A DNA stretch of 63,466 bases, the filler included, from Octopus bimaculoides (taxonomy: Eukaryota), in NCBI RefSeq assembly GCF_001194135.2. It is 9 parts of 9 records of this genome, joined end to end, with 100 filler letters (N's around TTAATTAATTAA, not from the genome) between each part and the next. Parts side by side here need not be neighbours in the genome. Positions count along the whole stretch, not along the records: positions 27,450 to 43,153 come from NC_068986.1; positions 43,254 to 49,735 come from NW_026430003.1; positions 49,836 to 52,579 come from NW_026310662.1; positions 52,680 to 58,483 come from NC_068985.1; 5 more parts are not named here. One strand, 5' to 3'. Each line of letters begins with the position of its first letter. Position 1 is the stretch's first letter. The notes under the pieces were generated by a model that saw nothing but the letters and a program-made list of their open reading frames with translations, ran no database searches and was not told the origin of the DNA. The translations under genes and the position numbers were made by a program. Positions 41,303 to 53,044 of this stretch are shown here, in pieces.

Positions 41303-42529
41303 TTTATATATAACTATACATAAAATCAAGTATTAATGTATGAACGTATGTATGTACATATGTATGCATATATTATGTATGTATGTGTGTATGCATGTAT
41401 TATGCATGTATGCTTGAATGCGTACGTGCATGTATGTATGTTTTTTTATATATAATTATACATAAAAACAAATATTGATGTCCGAACGTATGTATGTATA
41501 TGTGTATGCAAGTATTATGTATGCGTGTGTGTATGTATTTATGTATTCCTGCATGTATGTATGTGTGTATGTATGTATATATATGTATGTATGCATGCAT
41601 GTATGTACGTATGTATGTATGGATGGATGGATGGATGGATGGATGGATGGATGGATGGAAGAAGTTGATCTCATAAAAGACGGCCTTGGATTTTTCAAAA
41701 ATAACACATCGACATTTTAGCTTACGTAAAAGCCAGAAGGAAATATTTTTTCTCACTGTTCTAATGTGTTTTCGCTTCAGTATGATTAACTTCTATATAA
41801 CTTGTGTATTCTCAAAGGGTTACATAATTCTATTATTTACAAATATATTTACACCCTTAAAGTTTGAGATGTAAACAGAGTATCAATAGCAACACATCGA
41901 GGCCCATTGATATATTACACTCATGTTGCGAATGTTTGTTTTCATTCATTTATTTATTTCGTATTAAATACACTTTTTGTTACGGATTTCGTTTACAAGC
42001 GATCTTTCATACATTTTCATACTGCATATATTTTATAGACTTCCTTTGTCCGCAAATTTAGGCTTATCAGTTTCTGAAATATTCATAGAGTAGTGTTGCC
42101 TTCTTGATGCAGTTGTGTTTTCATAATTCCTCTCACCTTTTTTGTGTACAAACAACCTCCAGAAAAAAAGAAGAAATAATCAACGTAAGTTAAAATATAA
42201 GTTTTTTAAACGACAAAGAAAGTAAATAAAGATATTACAGTAAGAAGATACTGTGTTTCAAAGAAATTTGTGAGAGATTTAGAGAACTACATGGAATAAA
42301 CAGCAAAAAATACGAAATGAAAAGCATGCCAACAGAAATAAACTAACTAAATGGTGACCAGAAGCCTAGACATAAGAAACTCGTCAAAATGGAAAATATG
42401 TTTCTTGTAAAGCCACTCAAATTTATACGGTAAGAGGAATTAAAGAAGATTGGATTCTATAATTTAAGGTAAGTGCTGGATCGTACACAGAATACATGAA
42501 AAGGCATAAACATTTGGTAGGAACTTAGA

Positions 42530-42760
42530 TTTAGGTCTTCCTTCCCTGCTCAGTGCATCGGGTGGCAAGCGACCTCACAGTATTCAGTCGGTTGTTACTC
42601 TTACACATCTTTTTCATGTAATGTTAACTGTTTTCTAGTCATTTTTGAAACGTCCCCCGCCAAGTGACCTTCTGCTTGCCTCTTTTACGTCTACTTTCTG
42701 ATGGTATCCAAGTCATAGCTGTTTTCCAGTGCCGTTGATCGGTTAGACCAGTGTTTCTCA
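42530..42760 (-). mobile_element. RTE-like LINE 3' tail fragment
   Basis: KTAMTWIPSESRRKRGKQKVTWRGTF...RSLATRC...GRKT*, matching the RTE C-terminal KRxRGRPxxTW pattern. Confidence 0.65.
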
Positions 42761-42829
42761 AACATTTTTTCCTGTCGTCTCTTGATTCTTCTTTTACTCT
42801 ATTAGGCCTCGGTAGTCATTCGATATATT

Positions 42830-43030
42830 CTTTCATTCTTTTACTTGCTTCCGTCAGATTGACTATGGTCATGATGGAGTACCGCCCTGAAGGGTTTTAG
42901 TAAAACTTATTCTACCGGTCTCTTTTGCTGAACAGCTAAGTTACGGGGACATAAACACACCAACACCGGTTGTCAAGCAGTATGGGGGACAAACACAGAC
43001 ACAAAGACACCCACCCAAACACAAAACATG

Positions 43031-43068
<38 letters not shown>

Positions 43069-43130
43069 ATATATATACGACAGGCGTATTTCAGTTTCCG
43101 TCTACCAAATTCACTCACAAGGCTTTGGTA
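42830..43130 (-). mobile_element. SINE family A
   Basis: Alignable to 61884-62240. Confidence 0.8.
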
Positions 43131-44329
43131 GATAGATAGATAGATAGATAGATNNNNNNNNNNNNNNNNNNNNNNNNNNNNNNNNNNNNNNNNNNNNTTA
43201 ATTAATTAANNNNNNNNNNNNNNNNNNNNNNNNNNNNNNNNNNNNNNNNNNNNCACACACACACACACACACACACACACAGTGAGTCCCAGAAACACGT
43301 GCTGTGTCTCTGGTTCTCGCTGTGGTTCCATCAACTACTCATATGCCTCGTGTTCTCGGCCTCCACTCCTATGCCTTCTTTGGACTCCGCCTCAACAAAA
43401 TCACACCACCATCACCACCACCATCATCACCACCGCCACCACCACCACCACAAGTGGTTTGTAGTAGTAGTAGCGGCTACAGTGGAATGCATGTCATTGA
43501 AGCGACAGGAACTTCGATAGATAAACGTATATAAAACGCGTACAACGAGACAGTCAGGCAGTCATTCACAAAACAGCTTACTACGAGAGAAGTGAATGCA
43601 GATATTTATATATCCAAAACACTCCATATAATTTATACGTACATAGTAGACTGGCTACCAGTTGACTACTTTAACGTCGGTTTAATACATACGAAACAAC
43701 CTCGCAGTCTCAGCTATTTTTTCCCACATATATATATTTATATAGATTTGATATATATAAATACATAAAAAATATATATTTATATCTATACAAAATATAT
43801 ATGTTGATGCCAAAGAAATCTATGATACATACTTTATAAACATTTACACATATATATATATATATCATATATGAGAAAGGACTTTTGATTCGTTCGTGTT
43901 TGTTCTGTTCCTGAGGCCCGTTTCTTATCAAACACCAATATATTATATAATATTTAACGCTGACAATGACGAGAATTAAGGTACGTATTGGCCATTTCTT
44001 CTTTTTCTTTTTGATTCGTCTTTTCTTCTCTCATCGTATATCCTTTGATGTTGCTGTTGCTGTTGCTGTAATTTTTAGCCCCGGGTCAGAGACAGATCGA
44101 ACGTGTGGACAAAAAGAGATCGATGATTTCCCTTTTTGTCGCCGTCAAAGTATTCTCCATTTGGTGCCCTGCATCGGTCCAGACGCGTTTCCCACTATTC
44201 GAAGCAATCCCGGAAACCTCGCGAAATGATACCTTTTAGCGCCTTCGTCGTGGTTTTTTTTCTTTCTTTTTTTTTTTTCTTCTTCTTCTTCTTCACCTCT
44301 TCCACACCTCTCTTTTCCTCTTTTCCTCT

Positions 44330-44531
44330 TTTACTTGTTTCAGTCATTTGACTGCGGCCATGCTGGAGCACCGCCTTTATAGTCGAGCAAATCGACCCCC
44401 AGGACTTATTCTATCGGTCTCTTTTTTTGCCGAACCGCTAAGTTACGGGGACGTAAACACACCAGCATCGGTTGTCAAGCGATGGTGGGGGGACAAACAC
44501 AGACACACAAACACACATACATATATATATA
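44330..44531 (-). mobile_element. SINE family A, 3' half
   Basis: cagtcatttgactgcggccatgctggagcaccgcc...ggacaaacacagac; near-identical to 48060-48290. Confidence 0.85.
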
Positions 44532-45356
44532 NNNNNNNNNNNNNNNNNNNNNNNNNNNNNNNNNNNNNNNNNNNNNNNNNNNNNNNNNNNNNNNNNNNNN
44601 NNNNNNNNNNNNNNNNNNNNNNNNNNNNNNNNNNNNNNNNNNNNNNNNNNNNNNNNNNNNNNNNNNNNNNNNNNNNNNNNNNNNNNNNNNNNNNNNNNNN
44701 NNNNNNNNNNNNNNNNNNNNNNNNNNNNNNNNNNNNNNNNNNNNNNNNNNNNNNNNNNNNNNNNNNNNNNNNNNNNNNNNNNNNNNNNNNNNNNNNNNNN
44801 NNNNNNNNNNNNNNNNNNNNNNNNNNNNNNNNNNNNNNNNNNNNNNNNNNNNNNNNNNNNNNNNNNNNNNNNNNNNNNNNNNNNNNNNNNNNNNNNNNNN
44901 NNNNNNNNNNNNNNNNNNNNNNNNNNNNNNNNNNNNNNNNNNNNNNNNNNNNNNNNNNNNNNNNNNNNNNNNNNNNNNNNNNNNNNNNNNNNNNNNNNNN
45001 NNNNNNNNNNNNNNNNNNNNNNNNNNNNNNNNNNNNNNNNNNNNNNNNNNNNNNNNNNNNNNNNNNNNNNNNNNNNNNNNNNNNNNNNNNNNNNNNNNNN
45101 NNNNNNNNNNNNNNNNNNNNNNNNNNNNNNNNNNNNNNNNNNNNNNNNNNNNNNNNNNNNNNNNNNNNNNNNNNNNNNNNNNNNNNNNNNNNNNNNNNNN
45201 NNNNNNNNNNNNNNNNNNNNNNNNNNNNNNNNNNNNNNNNNNNNNNNNNNNNNNNNNNNNNNNNNNNNNNNNNNNNNNNNNNNNNNNNNNNNNNNNNNNN
45301 NNNNNNNNNNNNNNNNNNNNNNNNNNNNNNNNNNNNNNNNNNNNNNNNNNNNNNNG

Positions 45357-45620
45357 GCAAGGTACAAATTTTTGCTGCAATTCTTTTCATTCGCAAATTT
45401 CGTCGCTCAAAATTCGCTGGCAGGAGCTCCAGGACGTACCAGTCATATCAACAAGTTCACCAACTGTTTGGCGACGGTCAGCCAAGATCAGTTCATGAAT
45501 TTACGTAATGTTTTCATTCGTTCGGGCGGTCGACAGTGGCCCTGAACAAAGTTGATCTTCAAGCGACCAGTGACCATTCCTAAAGCGTGAAAACCACTCG
45601 TAAACTTGTGTTTTGCTCAT
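45357..45620 (-). mobile_element. Mariner transposase N-terminal (HTH) fragment
   Basis: AMSKTQVYEWFSRFRNGHWSLEDQ..SG..STARTNENI, then a frameshifted ...MKRIAAK segment; truncated by an N gap. Confidence 0.8.
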
Positions 45621-46445
45621 GGCAAGAGACTGATCAAAGTTGGGAACAAAAACAGGACAGTGGAGACATGCAAGGAAACCGCATGAAAACCAACATTGAG
45701 GGTCGTTAGACCAGAACGAGGATAAAATAGCGAACGCTGGAGAAATATTTTCTTTGAAAAGAGAAAAGATAGAAGACAGAGATAGAATATGTCCATTCCT
45801 TAAGACAGTCCTCATGGAAAAGAAAGATGGTCACGTGAGGAAAAGAAAGATGAACGATGGTCACATGTGAGCAACGAGAGAGAGAAAAAGAGAAAGTGGG
45901 AGAGAGAGAGAGAGAGATAGAAAACGGTGAAGAGGAGAAAAAAGGAATTATAGAAAAGGATGAAGGAGAAAACAGTATAGAGTAGAGTCGCATCAAAAGG
46001 GTTAGCAGAAAACGGAATTTCAACGGAAGCATGTTCTTCCTCCGTTTCAGCCATTCAAAAACCGACGAACATGGAAGAAGCACTGCCAAAACAAAGACAC
46101 ATCATGTGCCAGTCCGATTCCACCAGATAACACTGGTGGGCAGACTGATGCCTAGGATCTTTTTTAAAACGGGGGCCACATTTTTCATTAATATTTTACG
46201 TAGTGTTTTTGGTACGGAAAGACTTTCAAACTTCGTATACTTATCTATTTTGTGTTATAGAACAGAAAAATATTTTTATATTCGAATTTATTTCATGTAA
46301 AAAATTGTCTTATTTCGATAATTTCAACCAATCACTGACAAGTATTCAGTTGTTTACATTTACTCCTTTGGCTGATTAAGCGATGTAAAGCGTATTTAAT
46401 CTCCATACCTTCGTTTTATTTGCTTTTTTCATTTTAAATTTGCTT

Positions 46446-46485
46446 TAACCTTAACCCTAACCCTATGGTTAGGGTTAGGGTTAGG
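46446..46485. repeat. Inverted telomere-like repeats (CCCTAA)n-(TTAGGG)n
   Basis: taaccttaaccctaaccctatggttagggttagggttagg, running into an N gap. Confidence 0.8.
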
Positions 46486-47019
46486 NNNNNNNNNNNNNNN
46501 NNNNNNNNNNNNNNNNNNNNNNNNNNNNNNNNNNNNNNNNNNNNNNNNNNNNNNNNNNNNNNNNNNNNNNNNNNNNNNNNNNNNNNNNNNNNNNNNNNNN
46601 NNNNNNNNNNNNNNNNNNNNNNNNNNNNNNNNNNNNNNNNNNNNNNNNNNNNNNNNNNNNNNNNNNNNNNNNNNNNNNNNNNNNNNNNNNNNNNNNNNNN
46701 NNNNNNNNNNNNNNNNNNNNNNNNNNNNNNNNNNNNNNNNNNNNNNNNNNNNNNNNNNNNNNNNNNNNNNNNNNNNNNNNNNNNNNNNNNNNNNNNNNNN
46801 NNNNNNNNNNNNNNNNNNNNNNNNNNNNNNNNNNNNNNNNNNNNNNNNNNNNNNNNNNNNNNNNNNNNNNNNNNNNNNNNNNNNGGTTACCCCCTTGTAT
46901 ATACATATATACGCTTACACTTTAGGTCATAAGAGCCAGCAACAAGATTCATTCATTACAAACCTCCCTCTCTCTCTCTCTCTCTATCTCTATCTGTCTC
47001 TCTCTCTCTCTCTCTCTCT

Positions 47020-47190
47020 TGTATATATTCGACGGGCGTCTTTCAGTTTCCGTCTACCAAATCCACTCACAAGGCATTCGTCGGCCCGAGGATATAGTGG
47101 AAGACACTTGCCCAAGGTGCCACGCAGTGGGACTGAACTCGGAACCATATGGTTGAGAAGCAAGCTTCTTACCACTCAACCACACTTGCG
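47020..47190 (-). mobile_element. SINE family A, 5' tRNA-like half
   Basis: Reverse complement reads gtggttgagtggtaagaagcttgcttctcaaccatatggttccgagttcagtcccactgcgtggcaccttgggcaag. Confidence 0.8.
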
Positions 47191-48059
47191 CCTCTTCCAC
47201 TATCTTTCGTGTATTGATTTAGTTGTTATTTCTAGCAGTTCTCAACTCTCTCTCTCTCCATCTTTCTATCTATTCGTCTGTCTATCTCTGTCTTTGCCAG
47301 CCTATTTTCCATTCAACGATTTTCGGCCCAATTTAGCTGCTATTTCTAGCAGGCGTCACGCCTTCTTTATTTATCTATCTAGCTTGCTAGCAATCTGTCT
47401 GCCTATCTGTCATTCAAAGATTTGAGGATAATTTAGCTGTTATTTCTAGCAGGTCTCATAGTAAGTGAAACTACTGGATATTGTCACTTCATATACCCAC
47501 TTCCTCCCTTTTTCTTTCTCTCTCTCTCTCTCTCACACTCTCTTTCTCTCTATCTATTTATCTATCTATCTATCTATCTACCTAGCTGTCTATCTAGCAT
47601 TCGATGATTTGAAGGAGGTTTAGCTGTTATTTCTAGTAGGCCTCACACCGTCTTTATCTATTTGTCTATCTATCTNNNNNNNNNNATCTACCTAGCTGTC
47701 TATCTAGCATTCGATGATTTGAAGGAGGTTTAGCTGTTATTTCTAGTAGGCTTCACACCGTCTTTATCTATTTGTCTATCTATCTATCTAGCTATTCTCT
47801 GCCTGCTTATCTGTCATTCAAAGATTTGAGGGTAATTTAGTTGTTATTTCTAGCAGACCTCATAGTAAGTGAAACCCTTGGCTACTGTTACATAATACGC
47901 CTTCTTCTTCTTCTCTCACCCTCCCTCATTCTGTATATATCTCTCTCTCCCTGCTTCTCTCTCACTTTCGCCCTCATCCACTCTCAAATAGCCACTTAGT
48001 TTTATTCGTCCGCGTGGCTTACTTTTATTTTCTCTACATCCAAGCCTAAATTCACCTCT

Positions 48060-48290
48060 TTTACTCTTTTACTTGTTTCAGTCATTTGACTGCGGCCATG
48101 CTGGAGCACCGCCTTTTAGTCGAATCAAATCGAGCCCGGGACTTATTCTTTGTAAGCCTAGTACTTATTCTATCAGTCTCTTTTGCCGAACCGCTAGGTT
48201 ACGGGGACGTAAACCCACCAGCATCGGTTGTCAAGCGATGTTGGGGAGACAAACACAGACACACAAACATATACATACACACATACATAT
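48060..48290 (-). mobile_element. SINE family A, 3' half
   Basis: Near-identical to 44330-44531. Confidence 0.85.
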
Positions 48291-50569
48291 NNNNNNNNNN
48301 NNNNNNNNNNNNNNNNNNNNNNNNNNNNNNNNNNNNNNNNNNNNNNNNNNNNNNNNNNNNNNNNNNNNNNNNNNNNNNNNNNNNNNNNNNNNNNNNNNNN
48401 NNNNNNNNNNNNNNNNNNNNNNNNNNNNNNNNNNNNNNNNNNNNNNNNNNNNNNNNNNNNNNNNNNNNNNNNNNNNNNNNNNNNNNNNNNNNNNNNNNNN
48501 NNNNNNNNNNNNNNNNNNNNNNNNNNNNNNNNNNNNNNNNNNNNNNNNNNNNNNNNNNNNNNNNNNNNNNNNNNNNNNNNNNNNNNNNNNNNNNNNNNNN
48601 NNNNNNNNNNNNNNNNNNNNNNNNNNNNNNNNNNNNNNNNNNNNNNNNNNNNNNNNNNNNNNNNNNNNNNNNNNNNNNNNNNNNNNNNNNNNNNNNNNNN
48701 NNNNNNNNNNNNNNNNNNNNNNNNNNNNNNNNNNNNNNNNNNNNNNNNNNNNNNNNNNNNNNNNNNNNNNNNNNNNNNNNNNNNNNNNNNNNNNNNNNNN
48801 NNNNNNNNNNNNNNNNNNNNNNNNNNNNNNNNNNNNNNNNNNNNNNNNNNNNNNNNNNNNNNNNNNNNNNNNNNNNNNNNNNNNNNNNNNNNNNNNNNNN
48901 NNNNNNNNNNNNNNNNNNNNNNNNNNNNNNNNNNNNNNNNNNNNNNNNNNNNNNNNNNNNNNNNNNNNNNNNNNNNNNNNNNNNNNNNNNNNNNNNNNNN
49001 NNNNNNNNNNNNNNNNNNNNNNNNNNNNNNNNNNNNNNNNNNNNNNNNNNNNNNNNNNNNNNNNNNNNNNNNNNNNNNNNNCCTTCCTTCCTTCCTTCCT
49101 TCCTTCCTTCATTCTTTCTTTCTTTCGTTCCCCTCTCTCAAATTTCCTAGCCTTTTCTTCATGCTCACTTTCCCTCCTTTTTTTAAAATTTAACTCTGTC
49201 CCTTTCGTTTTTTTTTTTCTCGCCCATCCTTAATTCTTCTATCCCTCTTCCTCTACATCTCTCTCTTCTCTCCTCTCGTGACCGGTATCCCGCCAAGCCT
49301 GTCCTTTCTTTCTTGGTTCGACTACCATCCATGCAACATTTATATTCCTCCCTGTACCTCTCAAACCCTATGACCCTGCCGTAAGTCTTCACTTCCACAC
49401 ACGACAGCTTAATTAAATTTGTCCTTAGTCGAAAGACACCTGTTGTTATGACCTGATATTTGCATTTGTATTTGTGTAACATTTCTCCGTTTTTTCCGTG
49501 CTTGTTTTCGTATACATTCGCTGTTTTCTTCCAAGGAATCTAATGCTCTTTGCTTAGTTTTTCCTTGGGGCTGGCCAGATTGGAGTAATCTCGAGTATAA
49601 CCAGTCCGAAATTGCAAAGATAATCTGGAACTCGACCGAGGAAAGAAAACTCCGAATGACCCATCCTCGTTTTCTTTGTAACGTCTGTCTGGATGTTTTG
49701 CGTTCTTGTCCCATTCTTGTATCTATATATATATANNNNNNNNNNNNNNNNNNNNNNNNNNNNNNNNNNNNNNNNNNNNTTAATTAATTAANNNNNNNNN
49801 NNNNNNNNNNNNNNNNNNNNNNNNNNNNNNNNNNNTATATATACACGCATATACATATATGTATGCATATATATTTATATATGCGTGTGTGTGTGTGTGT
49901 GTATGTGTGTGTGTATGCTTGTATATACATATACGCACTCACACAAACACATCATATATTGATATGTAGATAAACAAATAAGTTTAACTATATACATGTT
50001 TTTATATGTGTGCGTATGTATGTGTATATACCTCTAAACGCATACTCACATACATGTAATCACATATAGATGTGTATACGAGATGCAAGAATAATTTTAA
50101 TGGTAACTAAGGCTGTTCAGCAATCAATGTAATGCGATATAAAGCTCTTGTCAATAAAAGAAGTTTGTAGACATTTTGGCGATAATGGCAGTACTTTATG
50201 ATACAACATTATCCAAATAACACAGAGAAAATTCAATTCAACCTTTTTTGTGCACAGTTTTATAACTTGTTTTGTTTTGCTTTGTTTTGCTCTACTACTA
50301 CCGTACCACTACCGTAAGTTAGGAACTAAGATATATACTAAAACGTTTCATACTTTCTTGCTCTCTATTTCAACTTTTTCTGGGGGAAATTTAGAAGTTC
50401 TCGTGATTTTTTGTTTATTCTGATTACCTTCGTTCAATTTCGTATTTCTTTTTGTTTTTACTTCGAAATTTCAATTCAATTATTTTAATGCTATATAAAT
50501 TGAAAGTACCACTGGCCGGCCCCGATTATAATATAGTCTTTTTATGAAATTCAGAAATCGCATTTTCAA

Positions 50570-50810
50570 CTCAACCAATTTTATGCTTTGTACAGATCTC
50601 TGATCCTTGCTTTATAACTCTTGGTTTTATCTTAAAGGCGATGCCAACATCATTTGGACAATGCTGACGCAATATCTTCCACATCATGCAGATGATGTAG
50701 CGCTCACGGTGGCGTTGGAGAGAATAAAGCTTGAGCTCTTCTAGTCGACCCCAATAGACAAGGCCTGTAATATACATGACAACATGAATTTCTTCCATCT
50801 TCTTGCTTTG
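50570..50810 (-). mobile_element. CR1-like LINE fragment
   Basis: YWGRLEELKLYSLQRHRERYIICMMWKIL, the characteristic RLxxLxLYSLxRRRER motif. Confidence 0.75.
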
Positions 50811-52679
50811 TTAAGATATTTGAGAAAATTTATATTAATCTGTCGTTCTTGTTAAAATTCCATTTGTTTATTTGTGTAGCTGAAGATGGCACTGCATTTA
50901 AATTGATGTGATGGTTACATTGTTCAACTAAATGGAACTGTTTGAAACGGTCGTACTGCATTACTACTTGATACCTTGTTATTTATATATATANNNNNNN
51001 NNNNNNNNNNNNNNNNNNNNNNNNNNNNNNNNNNNNNNNNNNNNNNNNNNNNNNNNNNNNNNNNNNNNNNNNNNNNNNNNNNNNNNNNNNNNNNNNNNNN
51101 NNNNNNNNNNNNNNNNNNNNNNNNNNNNNNNNNNNNNNNNNNNNNNNNNNNNNNNNNNNNNNNNNNNNNNNNNNNNNNNNNNNNNNNNNNNNNNNNNNNN
51201 NNNNNNNNNNNNNNNNNNNNNNNNNNNNNNNNNNNNNNNNNNNNNNNNNNNNNNNNNNNNNNNNNNNNNNNNNNNNNNNNNNNNNNNNNNNNNNNNNNNN
51301 NNNNNNNNNNNNNNNNNNNNNNNNNNNNNNNNNNNNNNNNNNNNNNNNNNNNNNNNNNNNNNNNNNNNNNNNNNNNNNNNNNNNNNNNNNNNNNNNNNNN
51401 NNNNNNNNNNNNNNNNNNNNNNNNNNNNNNNNNNNNNNNNNNNNNNNNNNNNNNNNNNNNNNNNNNNNNNNNNNNNNNNNNNNNNNNNNNNNNNNNNNNN
51501 NNNNNNNNNNNNNNNNNNNNNNNNNNNNNNNNNNNNNNNNNNNNNNNNNNNNNNNNNNNNNNNNNNNNNNNNNNNNNNNNNNNNNNNNNNNNNNNNNNNN
51601 NNNNNNNNNNNNNNNNNNNNNNNNNNNNNNNNNNNNNNNNNNNNNNNNNNNNNNNNNNNNNNNNNNNNNNNNNNNNNNNNNNNNNNNNNNNNNNNNNNNN
51701 NNNNNNNNNNNNNNNNNNNNNNNNNNNNNNNNNNNNNNNNNNNNNNNNNNNNNNNNNNNNNNNATATATATATATATATATATATATATAGGTATACATA
51801 TATATGCATGTAAATGTATGTATGTGTGTGTATACATACATACATATATATATATGTCTATATATATGTATATACATATAAGCGTGTATGTGTATGATTA
51901 TTATGATAATGGGTATAATTGTGTGTGCGCTCTAATGAATAATTAGTCGTCAGTGTGTTGGCCTATTAAAATTAGCATGAAAACAGTTATCATCGTATCG
52001 TATGTATTACTATCATTATTCTGAAATCTTATTAGAATTCTGTCCTCAAATTTTAAAGTTTAATATGGATACATAGTTGATGAGTTTAAATTCAAGATTT
52101 TGCAGCCAACCGGAAACCTTCTGAATGTCACGACATTTCAAACATTTATGCTAATATCTGATATAAGAACTGTAAATCTTATATGGCTTGCGTGTTGCGG
52201 AATCTATAGCATGGGTAAATAATTTATTAGCAAGTTAATTCCTATGAGCATAATTCTATGTTCATGGTAATACACACGCGCGAACGCACACGCACACACA
52301 CACACACACACAAACAAACAAACAAACACACAAGCATATATATATCTTTATATATAAGTATATATATATATATACGTGTGTATGTGTGTGCGTATGTATG
52401 TATGGATGCATAAGTATATATGTAGGCAGTTTAGTATATGAACTCCATTTATTCCACCATTTATTCACTATGTTTCGTTATGGCTGACAGTTTAGTGCAA
52501 GTACATTTTAACAAGTACCCTGAATTACATGCACGCACATGCAAATAAATGTATATGTATATATGGGTGTGAGTACATANNNNNNNNNNNNNNNNNNNNN
52601 NNNNNNNNNNNNNNNNNNNNNNNTTAATTAATTAANNNNNNNNNNNNNNNNNNNNNNNNNNNNNNNNNNNNNNNNNNNN

Positions 52680-52800
52680 GTTAGGGTGTTTAGTAGGGTA
52701 GTCTATCGTAACTTTAATACTCTGGTGGATGGAGTTAGCTATTTGCTGGATACTCTCCATAGTCTTAGTTTCTATTTCTATTTCAGGGGTACTCTCTTGC
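52680..52800 (-). mobile_element. Penelope-like element (PLE) reverse transcriptase fragment
   Basis: ETKTMESIQQIANSIHQSIKVTIDYPTKHP resembles the region after the catalytic DD motif in GIY-YIG PLE RTs (IANSIHxSIxVxxDYP); runs into an N gap. Confidence 0.6.
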
Positions 52801-52844
52801 GTAGACACATACAATAGGAATACAAAATACAAAATGGCTGATAG

Positions 52845-53044
52845 TTAGCAAGGTAAGACACACATAAGAAAGAAGGAAACAAAGGACCACTGATGAGGTC
52901 ACAGAAGTGTGACGAAAGAACTCTGGCCGAAATAAGATTAAGATTAATGTAATATAAAGCTGAAGCAAATTAACACCAAATATACAGTGCGTGTGTTTTT
53001 ATTGGCTAAACTGGCAATTTGACCATCCCCAAGTACAACAACAT
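52845..53044 (+). mobile_element. PLE pLTR-like repeat, copy 2, inverted relative to the adjacent RT fragment
   Basis: Near-identical to 41097-41302. Contains CTGATGA-GGTC...GGCC-GAAA and ends at an (AT)n tract. Confidence 0.6.

Noticed and set aside
43282-43534. Poly-His, poly-Pro and poly-Thr ORFs
   Set aside because: Derived from a (CAC/CAT)n microsatellite, with no splice or domain support.
46110-46156. Hairpin ccaccag-ataaca-ctggtgg followed by CTAG, like a Helitron 3' end
   Set aside because: The base after CTAG is not T and no 5' TC end or Rep/helicase remnant was found; insufficient support.
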